Assembly (NCBI GenBank): GCA_965208105.1
Contig: OZ242318.1
Coordinates: 4,288,001-4,352,000, forward strand
Length of the DNA: 64,000 bases
Reading direction: 5' to 3'
From: Candidatus Latescibacterota bacterium
Lineage (GTDB): Bacteria; Latescibacterota; UBA2968; UBA8231
Positions 20,077-30,838 of this stretch are shown piece after piece (position 1 is the stretch's first letter; every line of letters starts with the position of its first letter). The notes below the pieces were generated by a model that was not told the DNA's origin, ran no database searches, and saw only the letters and a list, made by a program, of their open reading frames with translations. The translations under genes and the position numbers were made by a program.

Positions 20077-23000
20077 GTGAAACCGAAACAGAAATTGCTG
20101 CAATCGGGTGCCAGGCCTGGTACGACGATATGGACACTGGGGGCAGCGGTGATCCTTTGCTGGTTGTCGATGTCCCATGCCGAGCCGCTGCCGCTCTTCA
20201 TCGATGCCAATCACGGCGACGGCGACGCGCGCGAGGCAAAAGCCAGACAACCGCTATGGTTCGATGCGGGGGATCCCGCGTGGCAACCGCAGATACCGCC
20301 GCGCGGGGAAGGAAGCGGCGAAACGACGGTTCGAGTGAATTTCCCGGTAGCCGGACGTCGATTGCCCGTTCGCTTCGGCATACCCCTCGGCCAGGTGCCG
20401 TCGGCGCGCAATGTCGCCCTGTTCGATGAATCTGGCCGGGAGGTTCCCGCCGACGTCTTCCCCCTGGTGAATTTCGATACCTCACCGTTGCATTGGGTGC
20501 TGATCGCTACCGTGCTCGATGCGCCCGCTGCGGGGGAGTCGACTCTCTCGATTCGCTGGGGCCCCGGTGTGGAGCGGTCCGACCCCCAACGCTCTCTCAC
20601 GACCGTCGAATCTGCTACCGAGGTGTTTTTCTCGGGAGGCAGCGTAGATTTCACTTTGTCGGCTACCGGGCTCGTATCCAACGTGCGGGTGGGAGAAGAA
20701 CTCTTCGCTCCGAGTGGGGGGAAGGTGGGATTCGACATCAAAGCAGGGCAGAGCTCGCGATCGGCAGGGCCCGGAACTTATCGCCACATGGAGGACAGTA
20801 CCGTCATCGAAAAGCTCTTTGACGGTCCGTTCTACAAGCGCTACCGCGTCTCATCCGCATTCTTTCACAGCGACGCTCTCAATCGCCCCTTCCGTCTCCA
20901 TTTCGAGGTGGAAACCTGGGCCGACAGTCCCTACCTCGTGATCCATTCGCGCTTCATCAACGAAACCTTCAAAGAGATCATGAGCGACCTGGTTCTGTTT
21001 GCTTTCGAACCGGATGGGGGCGAATACGCGGCGGTGGTGTCGGGGGTGGGCGATGCGGAATTCTCTGGTGGGGCTGAGATGTCAGCGCGCCAACGACGCA
21101 ATGAGTGGGTCGTTCGTGCAGATGACACCGACCTGGCGACCGGTTTCGAAAACGATCTCGGGGAATGGGCGCGCATTTCTCGAGGTGGAGAGGCGGTCAC
21201 TTTGGTTGTGCCCGATTTCCAGGGCTTTGGCCCGGCGGAACCGGATCTAGAATCGGTGTTGAGCGCCACCGCTGACGGCGGCCTGGAACTGCGGCACTAC
21301 CGCCCCCTCGAAGGAGCACCGACTACCGACACCGGGGGAACAATCACCTTCTGGAATTCGGCGGCGCGCACCTTCCGCATGGCATTGCACGCCGGCCCTG
21401 ATTCGCTAACCGGGGCGGTAGTGGCTGTTCCGATACGAGAACCTCCATCGATTGTGTACGATCGAGACTTTCTAACCTCGCAGGGCACCTTTGTCGAAGA
21501 CCGCGTCACTTCGATCTACGACGAGGTCAGCCTCGAGGGCACGCGTTATTTCGACCGCGCGCGGGCGGTGCGTCAGGATTACCCTCGATTGGGACGGGGA
21601 ATGCCGCCGCAGAAGGGGGAAGGTTTCGAGAAGCCATACACCAACACCGGCGGCATGTTGTTTGGCGAGGTCTGGCAATACATGGAACCGAACGGCGCCT
21701 GGAACAAGACCTGGATTCGAAAACAAAAAAGCGAAGGAAATCTACCCGGCTGGTATGAGCCGGTACACCTCGAAGGGTTCGCCACCTATCGCGTGGGGGA
21801 CCATGCCATGGCGATGGCGATCAGCTATCTGCGCCGTGGCGACCGCCAGGTCTTCGACATCTTCCGCGACCACGCCATGCTCTACGCCGACTGGGCCGTA
21901 TCGCATCCCACCGGCAGTGTTCACTATTACGCTGACTGGACGGGCAAATCGCAGGTCTACGTGCGGTTGGCGGGACCAATCATCGCCTACCTTGTAGATG
22001 GAGATCCCTGGCTGCTGGAGACCGCCGAGCAGATGGGCGCCAACCTAACGCGGCGGTGGAACGGCGACAATCCGTCGGATCGGGAATCGCGTTCCGCCTA
22101 TCCCGCTCGTGGGTTGACCTGGCTCTACGAAGTGACCGGTCATCGGGGATATTGGAACGAGGCGGTCGACCGGGTTCTGTGGTTCCTCGACGGAGCGCTC
22201 ACCCCCGGTGGCCAGGTTCGCGGGGTCATCAAAGACGATGGCCGCCTGAGCATGCTGTATGCCGGTTATTCCCTGGTCGGGTTGAGCAATGTACACGAAA
22301 GGACGGGAAACGAATCCCTGTTGGCCGCTATGAAGAAAGTGGGCGACTGGCTCATTCGCGTTCAAGGCAAGTACGACGGGTCCTTCAGCGTCAACACCGG
22401 CACCTGGGCTGCGGACGAAAAGCGGGGTTCCCGATCGATGGTAGGTCCAGGGAATGTGGGAACGACCACCTTGTGCGCCGAAGTCCAGACCTACCTGGCA
22501 CAGGTGACAGGTGAGCAGCAGTATTTCTACAGCGGGGCCGCCGCCTGGGCGAACATGGTGACCTCCAGCCGCCACAATTGGATCAAAGGGGGGCTGCCGA
22601 TGCAGACGGAGAACCGCTGGCGAACTGGCACCTGGTCGGACAAGCTGGCGCCGTATTTACACCGGATGCCGGCCCTCGCGGAGAAAAAAGGGTGGCCTTT
22701 TGTGGTGGAAGGCGTCTTCGACCCAGACGCCAAGGAAGGGAAAACGGTTGTTGTCTTCGTTGGTGCCGAGGGACATTTCGAAAACAGGGCCTTGATACAG
22801 CCGATGTTCACTGGGAACAAGGTGCCGGTACAGATTCCGTTGTGGTCGCCGAGCCAGCCGACGAGAGCGACCTACAACGAAAAGGAGATCGAGATCTCGT
22901 CGGGGATCAAAAGAGGAATCTCACTTCTCACTCTGCCCGGAAACGCTCCGCCAGGTATTTTACGGGTCGACTTCGGGCCTGCCGTCCCCACATCAGTGGA

Positions 23001-23298
23001 AGCCCCGGCGGCTCGCCCATTGCGATCGACGCTGGAGCAGAGCTACCCCAACCCATTCAACAGCGGTACGCTCATCCCGTATTCCGTTCATGAGCCCACC
23101 GAGATCGAGCTCGCCGTCTACAATCTCTCCGGTCAGAAGCTGATCGCGCTCCGACGCGGACCGTCCCAACCGGGACGGCACATCGTCCCCTGGGATGGGC
23201 GCGACGAGGCCGGAAACCAGCTGGCCAGCGGGGTCTACCTGTACCGGTTGCGAGTCGGCGATTGGGAACGCGTGCGCAAGCTTCTTCTCCTGCGCTAG
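20077..23298 (+). CDS. Large secreted protein, PcRGLX/YetA-like lyase architecture with FlgD-Ig C-terminal domain
   Basis: Signal peptide; PVRFGIPLG..VALFDESGREVPA; alpha-barrel-like region; LEQSYPNPFN...WDGRDEAGNQLASGVY. Confidence 0.6.
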   Translation: MKPKQKLLQSGARPGTTIWTLGAAVILCWLSMSHAEPLPLFIDANHGDGDAREAKARQPLWFDAGDPAWQPQIPPRGEGSGETTVRVNFPVAGRRLPVRFGIPLGQVPSARNVALFDESGREVPADVFPLVNFDTSPLHWVLIATVLDAPAAGESTLSIRWGPGVERSDPQRSLTTVESATEVFFSGGSVDFTLSATGLVSNVRVGEELFAPSGGKVGFDIKAGQSSRSAGPGTYRHMEDSTVIEKLFDGPFYKRYRVSSAFFHSDALNRPFRLHFEVETWADSPYLVIHSRFINETFKEIMSDLVLFAFEPDGGEYAAVVSGVGDAEFSGGAEMSARQRRNEWVVRADDTDLATGFENDLGEWARISRGGEAVTLVVPDFQGFGPAEPDLESVLSATADGGLELRHYRPLEGAPTTDTGGTITFWNSAARTFRMALHAGPDSLTGAVVAVPIREPPSIVYDRDFLTSQGTFVEDRVTSIYDEVSLEGTRYFDRARAVRQDYPRLGRGMPPQKGEGFEKPYTNTGGMLFGEVWQYMEPNGAWNKTWIRKQKSEGNLPGWYEPVHLEGFATYRVGDHAMAMAISYLRRGDRQVFDIFRDHAMLYADWAVSHPTGSVHYYADWTGKSQVYVRLAGPIIAYLVDGDPWLLETAEQMGANLTRRWNGDNPSDRESRSAYPARGLTWLYEVTGHRGYWNEAVDRVLWFLDGALTPGGQVRGVIKDDGRLSMLYAGYSLVGLSNVHERTGNESLLAAMKKVGDWLIRVQGKYDGSFSVNTGTWAADEKRGSRSMVGPGNVGTTTLCAEVQTYLAQVTGEQQYFYSGAAAWANMVTSSRHNWIKGGLPMQTENRWRTGTWSDKLAPYLHRMPALAEKKGWPFVVEGVFDPDAKEGKTVVVFVGAEGHFENRALIQPMFTGNKVPVQIPLWSPSQPTRATYNEKEIEISSGIKRGISLLTLPGNAPPGILRVDFGPAVPTSVEAPAARPLRSTLEQSYPNPFNSGTLIPYSVHEPTEIELAVYNLSGQKLIALRRGPSQPGRHIVPWDGRDEAGNQLASGVYLYRLRVGDWERVRKLLLLR

Positions 23299-23378
23299 CC
23301 ACACCAATCGCCAGGCATAGCAGAACGACCATGCTCACCGCTTGACGCCTCCAACGGACAGTCTCAGACATCTCAAGA

Positions 23379-24692
23379 ATGGAGATCCATACAATGGCGG
23401 TAAGTTCCACCGACCGGCCTAACGTCGACTATGCACAGAATCAGGCTCGACTCCTTCAGAAAGCTGTTGCGGAGGCAGATCCGAAGGCCATCGCCCGCGT
23501 CCGGGCAAACATTACTCAACGACCCAACACATCGGATGAAGACATTGCCACCTGCGATCTTACCGACTGGGAGGCCCTGCGCATCGTCGCCAGAGAGCAC
23601 GGCTTTGCCGAGTGGTTCGCCCTCGCACGTCACGTCGGAGAGGGCAAGGATCTCCCACCGGAGGGCACTCTTGCTTCACTGGTTCAGGCGGTGGAGGAGC
23701 CTGATCCCTCAACCGTCCAAGCGGTTCTTGCCGAGTATCCTCACCTGGTTCACGCCAGGCTCTATTCCGAACACGACACCGGCGACACTATCTTGCATCG
23801 GGCCGACCCGGGACTCAGGCTCCCAAAGAACGACCAAGGCTGGTCGCTCGATGATGGGACTACTGATGCTCATCTCGAGGTGGCCGGCATCCTTATCGAC
23901 TACGGGGCTGACGTTAACGCCACCGGAGGTTCCGACAACACGGCCGGCGAAACCCCAATCGGCGCTGCTGGATGGGCTGGCAACCTACGCATGTGCCAAC
24001 TACTTTTGGAACGGGGTGCGGACCCAAATCACGTAAGTGACTGGGGGTTCGACGCTCTCGGCACGATTACCGACCACAAGAATGCCGACATCTTCAAGGC
24101 AATAGTCGCCGCGGGAGCACGGTACGAGCCCCGACACTTACTTCAATGCAACATGAAGGACCAACTCGTCGAGGTCTTGGATCGCGAACCCGAGCGGGTG
24201 GAAGAACTCATCGACTTGGGCCACTTCGACGGAGAGAACGGCACTCTCATCCACGTCGCCGTTGAGGAGGGGCTGGAGGAGATGGTCGCCTTGCTTCTCG
24301 ATCGCGGCGCTGACGTGCAAGCCCTTGACAACCGCGGACGCACTCCCCTTCACCGCGCGCTGAACCCCGGCCACGCCAAACGTTCCGAAAAGGTCATCAA
24401 CATGCTCATAAGCTACGGGGCTCAGATCGACATAAGAGCGGCCATCGGGATTGGAGACGTTGCCGGAGTTTCGCAACTGCTCGACGAGGACCCGAGCATT
24501 ATCACGACACGCGGAGTGGGCGGTATGACACTGCTGCATTTTGCCGCCGAATACAACCAGCCGGAGCTGGCGAGCATGCTGCTCGAGAGAGGCGCTGTGG
24601 CGGACATCGTCTCCGACGCGGGCGACATTCCTTTCGATCTTGCCTCAAGGAGGGGCCATCATGTGGTGGCCGAAATCTTGCGGGTCGGGTAG
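23379..24692 (+). CDS. Ankyrin repeat protein
   Basis: Repeated TPLH/LLxxGADV; N-terminal 'AREHGFAEW' domain. Confidence 0.88.
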   Translation: MEIHTMAVSSTDRPNVDYAQNQARLLQKAVAEADPKAIARVRANITQRPNTSDEDIATCDLTDWEALRIVAREHGFAEWFALARHVGEGKDLPPEGTLASLVQAVEEPDPSTVQAVLAEYPHLVHARLYSEHDTGDTILHRADPGLRLPKNDQGWSLDDGTTDAHLEVAGILIDYGADVNATGGSDNTAGETPIGAAGWAGNLRMCQLLLERGADPNHVSDWGFDALGTITDHKNADIFKAIVAAGARYEPRHLLQCNMKDQLVEVLDREPERVEELIDLGHFDGENGTLIHVAVEEGLEEMVALLLDRGADVQALDNRGRTPLHRALNPGHAKRSEKVINMLISYGAQIDIRAAIGIGDVAGVSQLLDEDPSIITTRGVGGMTLLHFAAEYNQPELASMLLERGAVADIVSDAGDIPFDLASRRGHHVVAEILRVG

Positions 24693-24872
24693 GTTTCTCC
24701 CTTCGGGGCTAGCACGCCGGTCGAATGCGGATAGGGAAAATAAATGGCATTGTCGCTAACAGCGGCAAGGTAGGCGAGTTTGTGGGGTCGCTTGGCGGGC
24801 GTGCGGCCGGCGACTCAGGAAACGCGTCAAAGCGGCGCAGTACTTGAACCTCTGGCAAGGAGATAATAGACA

Positions 24873-25637
24873 ATGGCTAAATACCTAGAACCCCGACGGC
24901 ACTTGGAGTTGGAAGGAGCCTATAACATCCGAGATATAGGTGGTTACGCCACTTCAGATGGACGACGCACACGTTGGAAAACGTTTCTACGCGCCGACAA
25001 CCTCAACAATCTGACACCCGGCTCTCAGGCTGCTCTCATCGAATACGGGGTGCGCACGGTCATTGATCTCAGATCCACCGCGGGCATCCAGAAAGAGCCA
25101 AATGTCTTCGCAAACTCATCTGTCGTTACCTACTACAACCACAATATGAATGGAGACGAGCCGCTTCCTGACATGCCAGAGTTCCCCGAATTTACGGTAC
25201 CGCCAGATGCTTCCATGAAGTCCTACGCCAAGGTATTAAGGCACAGGCGGCCTCAACTGATTGAGACCCTGGCGACGCTGGCATCCCCTGGTGTGCTGCC
25301 TGCGTTGGTCCACTGCTGGGCGGGGATGGGGCGCACCGGTGTGATAACCGCTCTGGTACTTGGGTTGGCAGGTGTGCCAGCGGAGGTCATAGCCGAAGAT
25401 TTTGCGTTGAGTGCCTGCTTCTTCGTGAACCGCGATTCGGCAGGGCTCCCGCCTCCACCTGGCGTAACTCCTCGTGAGACCCTAGAGGAGTATCGGCAAC
25501 ACCATTGCCCTCCCGAGGGTATGTTCGAACTGCTTCAGCACTTTGAAGAACGATACGGTGGAGTAGAGGCGTACGCATTGGGTGGGGGCCTCACCCAAGA
25601 GCGAGTAGACATGCTGCGCAGTGCCTTGATTGAATAG
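24873..25637 (+). CDS. Tyrosine-protein phosphatase family protein
   Basis: NIRDIGGY, VIDLRS, P-loop HCWAGMGRTG. Confidence 0.9.
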   Translation: MAKYLEPRRHLELEGAYNIRDIGGYATSDGRRTRWKTFLRADNLNNLTPGSQAALIEYGVRTVIDLRSTAGIQKEPNVFANSSVVTYYNHNMNGDEPLPDMPEFPEFTVPPDASMKSYAKVLRHRRPQLIETLATLASPGVLPALVHCWAGMGRTGVITALVLGLAGVPAEVIAEDFALSACFFVNRDSAGLPPPPGVTPRETLEEYRQHHCPPEGMFELLQHFEERYGGVEAYALGGGLTQERVDMLRSALIE

Positions 25638-25699
25638 CTCCAACCGCGCTTGCCGACCCGGCGGCGGACGGCGATACGAGCGCTCCGTCCTGCATCCAT

Positions 25700-25741
25700 C
25701 GCCTTGACCGAGAGTCCAAAAAGGACCCATTTTACCTATAC
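25700..25741 (+). mobile_element. oriIS remnant 2 (family A, 42 bp)
   Basis: CGCCTTGACCGAGAGTCCAAAAAGGACCCATTTTACCTATAC. Confidence 0.8.
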
Positions 25742-25797
25742 TTGGGAGTGCGGATGAGGTTTTTTCCAAGGCAACGCGAACCTGAAAGGAAGGTGCT

Positions 25798-26982
25798 ATG
25801 AAAGAAGAAACATACCGCGTCGCCATCCTCGGGTGCCGGGGCCGGGGCGGGGCAGCCGCGCGCGCCTACTTCGCGCATCCGCGCACGGAGCTGGTCGGCC
25901 TCTGCGACCTCGTGGGGGAGCGCCGCGATCAGCTGGGAGAGGAACTGGGCATCGGGGCCCGCTACGAGGACCTCGACGCCATGATCGGGGAGACTTCTCC
26001 CGACATCGTCGCCATTCCGACGGGAACCGAGTTCCACCACGACCTCGCAATGCGGGTGCTCGACCACGGCGTCCACATCGATATCGAGAAGCCGTTGTGC
26101 GTCGACCTGGAGGAGGGGGACGAGATCGTCGCCAGGGCCGCGCAAAAGGGGGTGCGGACAGCCGTTCATCACCAGGGCCGGACCGGAGCCGTCATGCGAG
26201 CCATCGCCATCGCTCTCGCGGAAGGGCGCATCGGGGAGGTGCAGCACCTGCACGGATACGGAAAGGGGTACTACGGCGGCTACGGGTTGATGAACATCGG
26301 AACCCACATGATCAACATGATGCTGAAGGTTGCCGGGCACTGCCGGGCGGTCTCCGCGACGGCGATGACGGGCGGGGGCCCGGTCGCTCCCGGGGACGTG
26401 CTGCGCTCCCCACTAGGCATGGGGGTGATTGCCGGGGAACGGCTCAGCGCCATCCTCGAATTCGACCGCGGGGTTACGGCCACCCTGCTTCACCACCGCT
26501 ACCCGGAACGGGTAACCCCGATGATCGAAATCGCCGGGAGCGAAGGCCGCCTGATGATCGAGAGCCTGCTCTACAGAAAGGACCGCCGGAACGCCCTCTA
26601 CCTGGCGGGGCGGTACTTCACCCCGGGCCTCGATGAATGGGAAGAACTCGAACCGGTGCTTCCTCCCGGGTTCGACCCGGATGGGCCGGCGGATACCGAG
26701 GATTTCTGGTTCGTGGAGGAGTACGTTTCAGCCCTCGACGAGGGGCGTGACCACGAATGCAGCGGCGCCGAAGGGCTGCACGTACTGGAGGTCATGATGG
26801 GGCTGTTCGAGTCGGCCGCGTACGGCCGCCGGATCGGGATACCCCAGGAAGACCGGAGCCATCCCCTGCTGCGCTGGCGCCGGGAACACGGCCTCGAGGA
26901 CCCCGGCCCCATGCCGAGGGACTACGGAGAGTGGCTGGCGACCGAAGATGACCGGCTCGCCCGCAGGGACTCTGTCGCGTAA
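25798..26982 (+). CDS. Gfo/Idh/MocA oxidoreductase
   Basis: VAILGCRGRG, IEKP, IGTH; paralog of 29669-30838. Confidence 0.9.
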   Translation: MKEETYRVAILGCRGRGGAAARAYFAHPRTELVGLCDLVGERRDQLGEELGIGARYEDLDAMIGETSPDIVAIPTGTEFHHDLAMRVLDHGVHIDIEKPLCVDLEEGDEIVARAAQKGVRTAVHHQGRTGAVMRAIAIALAEGRIGEVQHLHGYGKGYYGGYGLMNIGTHMINMMLKVAGHCRAVSATAMTGGGPVAPGDVLRSPLGMGVIAGERLSAILEFDRGVTATLLHHRYPERVTPMIEIAGSEGRLMIESLLYRKDRRNALYLAGRYFTPGLDEWEELEPVLPPGFDPDGPADTEDFWFVEEYVSALDEGRDHECSGAEGLHVLEVMMGLFESAAYGRRIGIPQEDRSHPLLRWRREHGLEDPGPMPRDYGEWLATEDDRLARRDSVA

Positions 26983-27233
26983 ATCGGGTGGAACGAGGCC
27001 GGGAATGCCGAGGGCAGCGGCCCCGGGGCTGAAGAACCGCGCACGCAGTCACCGACCGCAAGGATCAGGCCGCTTCGGGCAGGTTCTCCGGCATGTTTTC
27101 GAGCCTCGTCAGCCAGTAGTGGGCGTCGAAATTGATGAGTTCGAGGTGGGGAAGAGTCCGTTCTGGGTAATGGCGGCTAAATTGTAGCTACGCAACAGAC
27201 GTTAGATACTCTCTAAAAAGTCAAGGAGGTCAC

Positions 27234-28013
27234 GTGCATACACTGAGCCTTGAACAGGTCGATTCCTTCAGACTCAAAGGTTTTCTCACCGTCGATGACG
27301 TGCTCACTGACGACGAGCTCGAGATTCTGGCGAAGCGTACCGACCTGATCGCCTCAGGGAAGGCGGAGCATATCCCTGAGAGGTGCATTCAGCAGGAAGC
27401 GGTCTTTCGCCGCGGGGAACGCGAGGTTGACGACCAGGTGCTGTCCGTGCGTAAGCTGCACATGCTGGCGGCGCACGACGAGTTGATGTGGCAGCACGCC
27501 ACCAACACGAAGATCGTCGATATCATCGCTGACCTGCTGGACACCGACGACATCAAGCTCTACAGCGATCAGCTGTTCATGAAGGCGCCCGAAACCGGCT
27601 CGGCGCAGCCCTGGCACCAGGATTCAGCATCTTGGCGCGACATTTTTCCGATGGACCTGGTTTCCGCGTGGACCGCCATCGATGACGCGACGCCGGAGAA
27701 CGGTTGTTTGGAGTTTGCTGTTGGAACGCATCGTTGGGGTGTGCTCCCCCGAACGACGCGCGGACAGCTCATGGAGGAACTGGAAGACGGCAGCTGGCCA
27801 ATACAACCGGCCCCCCTCAAGCGCGGCAGCGTCAGCTTTCATCACAGCCTCACGTTTCATCGCAGTGCTGCCAACAGCTCCGCCCAGCGCCGCCGCGGGT
27901 ACGCCACCCATTACATGCGCGCTACGTCTGTCAAAGACGAAACAGTTACCGATGTGCCGAAGGTGCCGCCCTTCAAGCAGGTGCGCGGCCGCTCCTTTCC
28001 TGGACGAGTCTAG
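27234..28013 (+). CDS. PhyH family dioxygenase
   Basis: DQLFMK, WHQD, AWTAIDDATPENGCL, HSLTFHRS, RR. Confidence 0.9.
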   Translation: MHTLSLEQVDSFRLKGFLTVDDVLTDDELEILAKRTDLIASGKAEHIPERCIQQEAVFRRGEREVDDQVLSVRKLHMLAAHDELMWQHATNTKIVDIIADLLDTDDIKLYSDQLFMKAPETGSAQPWHQDSASWRDIFPMDLVSAWTAIDDATPENGCLEFAVGTHRWGVLPRTTRGQLMEELEDGSWPIQPAPLKRGSVSFHHSLTFHRSAANSSAQRRRGYATHYMRATSVKDETVTDVPKVPPFKQVRGRSFPGRV

Positions 28014-28084
28014 TCTCGCCAACGGCCACGAAGGTCTGATTTCCGGCTCCCTGGACTCGAGGCGCAAAGCGAGATCGGGAACTG

Positions 28085-28123
28085 CTTGCCCCACCCCTAA
28101 AAGGCCCTTAATATTTCCTAAAC
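28085..28123 (+). mobile_element. oriIS remnant 3 (divergent)
   Basis: CTTGCC-N-AAAAGGCCCTTAATATTTCCTAAAC; same layout as the others, abuts a 5'-truncated GNAT gene. Confidence 0.45.
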
Positions 28124-28481
28124 TCCGGTCATTCAAGAGAAGCTCGATCGCGATCTGCCCGTCCTCCTCGAAGAAGCGCCCAACACGACGCGCTGGGCGA
28201 TTAGACTGCGGAAGGACGATGCCTTTATCGGGCTGCTGACGCTTGGCCCCCACCACGATGGAGCAGATACGGAGGTGTCTTACGAACTGCTGCCCGAGTA
28301 TTGGGGCAAGGGCTGCGCGACAGAAGCAGTCGAAGCAGCTATTGGGTATGCCTTCGTGGATCTCGGCCTAGAACGGGTTGTTGCCGAAACACAGGCCGCG
28401 AATGAACGATCGTGTCGCCTGCTTGAAAGGTTAGGTATGAAGGCTGAGAGAAAACTCGAACGGTTTGGGGCAAACAGGTGA
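28124..28481 (+). pseudogene. RimJ/RimL GNAT acetyltransferase, truncated
   Basis: In frame WAIRL..FIGLLTL..TEVSYELLPEYWGKG..ETQAANERSCRLLERLG; no N-terminus. Confidence 0.7.
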
Positions 28482-29623
28482 TTTACCCGAGAAAGCTGAA
28501 AGACACTGTGCCAGCCAACCAGTTGAAAGCGGTCACTATCGCCGACACCCATCGCGGCGGCGCCGGCCATCGCATGCACCGGGCCTTCGAGTTAGACTCA
28601 CGCGTGACGATGGTCGCCATCTCCGATCCTGACGAAGAGGGCAGGTCCAAGCTCACCGCCGAGTGCGGAGCTACTGGGACCTACTCGGACTATCGTGAAA
28701 TGCTCGAGCGCGAGAAGCCGGACATCGCGGTAATCGCCCGGCACTGGTTCGATGACGGCCGCGTTGATGAGTTTCTTGCCGCCCTTGACGCCGGGGTGAG
28801 AGGCTTGTTCGTCGAGAAGTCCGTCGCCGCCTGGCCCGATCAGGCCCGACGCATGCAGCAGGCCGCTGCGGAACGAGACGTGCCCGTCCTGCTCGCCCAT
28901 CGCAGTCGCGAGCACCCTACAATGCAAGAGATTCGCCGGCGCGCTCGGGAGGGCGAATGGGGTCCCCTGACGCGTGTGCGCGCCATGGACAAGGGCGATC
29001 ACCGCGTCGGCGTTCACGAAGCGATGATCCACACGCCACACGTCTTCGACGCCATGCTCTACCTCGTCGACGAGGCCCCCACCTCATGCTGGGGCTCCGT
29101 CACGCTCGAGGGACGTCCGGCCACCCGTGACGACGCACGCGGCGTCGAGTACCTCGGCGCCGGCCCCATGGCGGGCGACAAGATTTCGGCGCAGTACCAG
29201 TTCCCAAGTGGCGTCGTAGGAACGTTCGAATCCATGCCCGTTGGCGACGGCAGCTACGGCAGCGATCGGCTCGGCGTCGACTTCATCTTCCAGGATGCCG
29301 TCGTGACCGCCCGCAATCAGCCCCTCGGCAAGTTTCACGTCTTTCCGCGTGGCGACGTTTTTCCGACAGATCTCGACGCAGAGTGGACGACGCTTGGCGT
29401 GGATTCATGGATTCCTGAGGGCGTCCATCCAACAGACTGGAGCAATCACGTCATCTGTGAAGATCTCGTCAGGCTCATCGACGGCGGTGAGCCGCGACCT
29501 GAGTCTCCTACCATCGATCTCGGCGTTGTCGGCGTTGAGATGCTCGTGGGCGCCTATCGATCCCACCTTGAAGGCAGGCGCATCGATCTGCCGCTCGCCG
29601 ATCCGAACAATCCCTGGCTATGA
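28478..29623 (+). CDS. Gfo/Idh/MocA oxidoreductase
   Basis: YSDYREMLEREKPDI, FVEKS, HVFD; start uncertain. Confidence 0.85.
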   Translation: MIYPRKLKDTVPANQLKAVTIADTHRGGAGHRMHRAFELDSRVTMVAISDPDEEGRSKLTAECGATGTYSDYREMLEREKPDIAVIARHWFDDGRVDEFLAALDAGVRGLFVEKSVAAWPDQARRMQQAAAERDVPVLLAHRSREHPTMQEIRRRAREGEWGPLTRVRAMDKGDHRVGVHEAMIHTPHVFDAMLYLVDEAPTSCWGSVTLEGRPATRDDARGVEYLGAGPMAGDKISAQYQFPSGVVGTFESMPVGDGSYGSDRLGVDFIFQDAVVTARNQPLGKFHVFPRGDVFPTDLDAEWTTLGVDSWIPEGVHPTDWSNHVICEDLVRLIDGGEPRPESPTIDLGVVGVEMLVGAYRSHLEGRRIDLPLADPNNPWL

Positions 29624-29668
29624 CGATCACACGTGTTCTGAGGATCGAATCGTAGAAAGTGAGGAAGG

Positions 29669-30838
29669 ATGAAGACGTATCGAGTTGCCATTCTCGGCTG
29701 CCGATCACGTGGCACGGCAGCCGCCAGAGTCTACCACGCCCATCCGCGAACCGAGGTCGTCGGGCTCTGCGACCTGCTGGAGGATCGGCTGAACACGCTC
29801 AGCGACGAGCTCGGCGTCTCGGCCCGTTTCACGGATCTGGACGAGATGATCCGTCAGGTACAGCCAGACATCGTCGCCATTCCGACGGCCCCCGCCCTGC
29901 ACGCGCCGCTGGCCCTTCGGGTGCTCGAGCACGGCGTGAACATCGAAGTCGAGAAACCCATGGGCATGGACTTGCTCGAAGCCGATGCGGTCATGCAGAA
30001 GGCCGAAGAGAAGGGCGTCCAGGTCGCGATCCATCATCAGTGGCGCTTGCACAGTTGGGCACAAGCCGTCAGTCAGGCCTACGAAGCCGGAAAGATCGGC
30101 AACCTGCGCTACATCTACGCCAGCGGCAAGGGCTACTACGGGGGCTTCGGCCTGATGGAAATCGGCACACATCTCCTGAACAGCGTGATCAAGTTCGGCG
30201 GGCACTGTCAGAGTGTCTCGGCCTATGCGACCCGAAGGGGCCGTCCGATCACGCCAGAAGACGTGCTGCCGGCGCCCCGTGGGAACGGCACCATCGCTGG
30301 GGACCACGTCACCGCCACCCTACAGTTTCCCGACGGTGTCACCGGCACGCTCCTCCAGCACCACTTCAGTCAGAACGAAATCGATGCTCACGTGATCGAG
30401 CTCTATGGCAGCGAGGGGCGGCTGCTCTGGCACACGAGTGGCGCCTGGCACGTGCCAAACCCACACCCCGTGCCCAAGGACAACCAGGATAACTGGGAGC
30501 TGTTGACGCCCCTCCATCCCAACACCTTTGAAGAAGCGGCCAAGGAAATCCCCGACGGGAACATGACCGACGGCGACTACTGGTTCGTCGACGAGTACGT
30601 CAGGGCGCTGGATGAAGGACGGGAGCACGAGTGCAGCGGCTACGAAGGTCGTCACGTGGTGGAGATCATCATGGGCATCTTCGAGTCCGCCGCCTACCGG
30701 ACCCACGTCGCCCTCCCTCAGCCCGATCGCGAGCATCCGCTGCAGCGCTGGCGCAGAGAGTCAGGCCTGGAGCCGCCCGAACCCATGCCCCTCTTGGACA
30801 AAGACTGGCACGTGGAGGAGCAGAAACGACTGGGCTGA
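29669..30838 (+). CDS. Gfo/Idh/MocA oxidoreductase
   Basis: VAILGCRSRG, VEKP, IGTH. Confidence 0.9.
   Translation: MKTYRVAILGCRSRGTAAARVYHAHPRTEVVGLCDLLEDRLNTLSDELGVSARFTDLDEMIRQVQPDIVAIPTAPALHAPLALRVLEHGVNIEVEKPMGMDLLEADAVMQKAEEKGVQVAIHHQWRLHSWAQAVSQAYEAGKIGNLRYIYASGKGYYGGFGLMEIGTHLLNSVIKFGGHCQSVSAYATRRGRPITPEDVLPAPRGNGTIAGDHVTATLQFPDGVTGTLLQHHFSQNEIDAHVIELYGSEGRLLWHTSGAWHVPNPHPVPKDNQDNWELLTPLHPNTFEEAAKEIPDGNMTDGDYWFVDEYVRALDEGREHECSGYEGRHVVEIIMGIFESAAYRTHVALPQPDREHPLQRWRRESGLEPPEPMPLLDKDWHVEEQKRLG

Noticed and set aside
27066-27200. Possible IS end (CTGTTGCGTAGCTAC on minus strand) next to a short C-terminal fragment
   Set aside because: No second end or transposase; family not assignable by eye.
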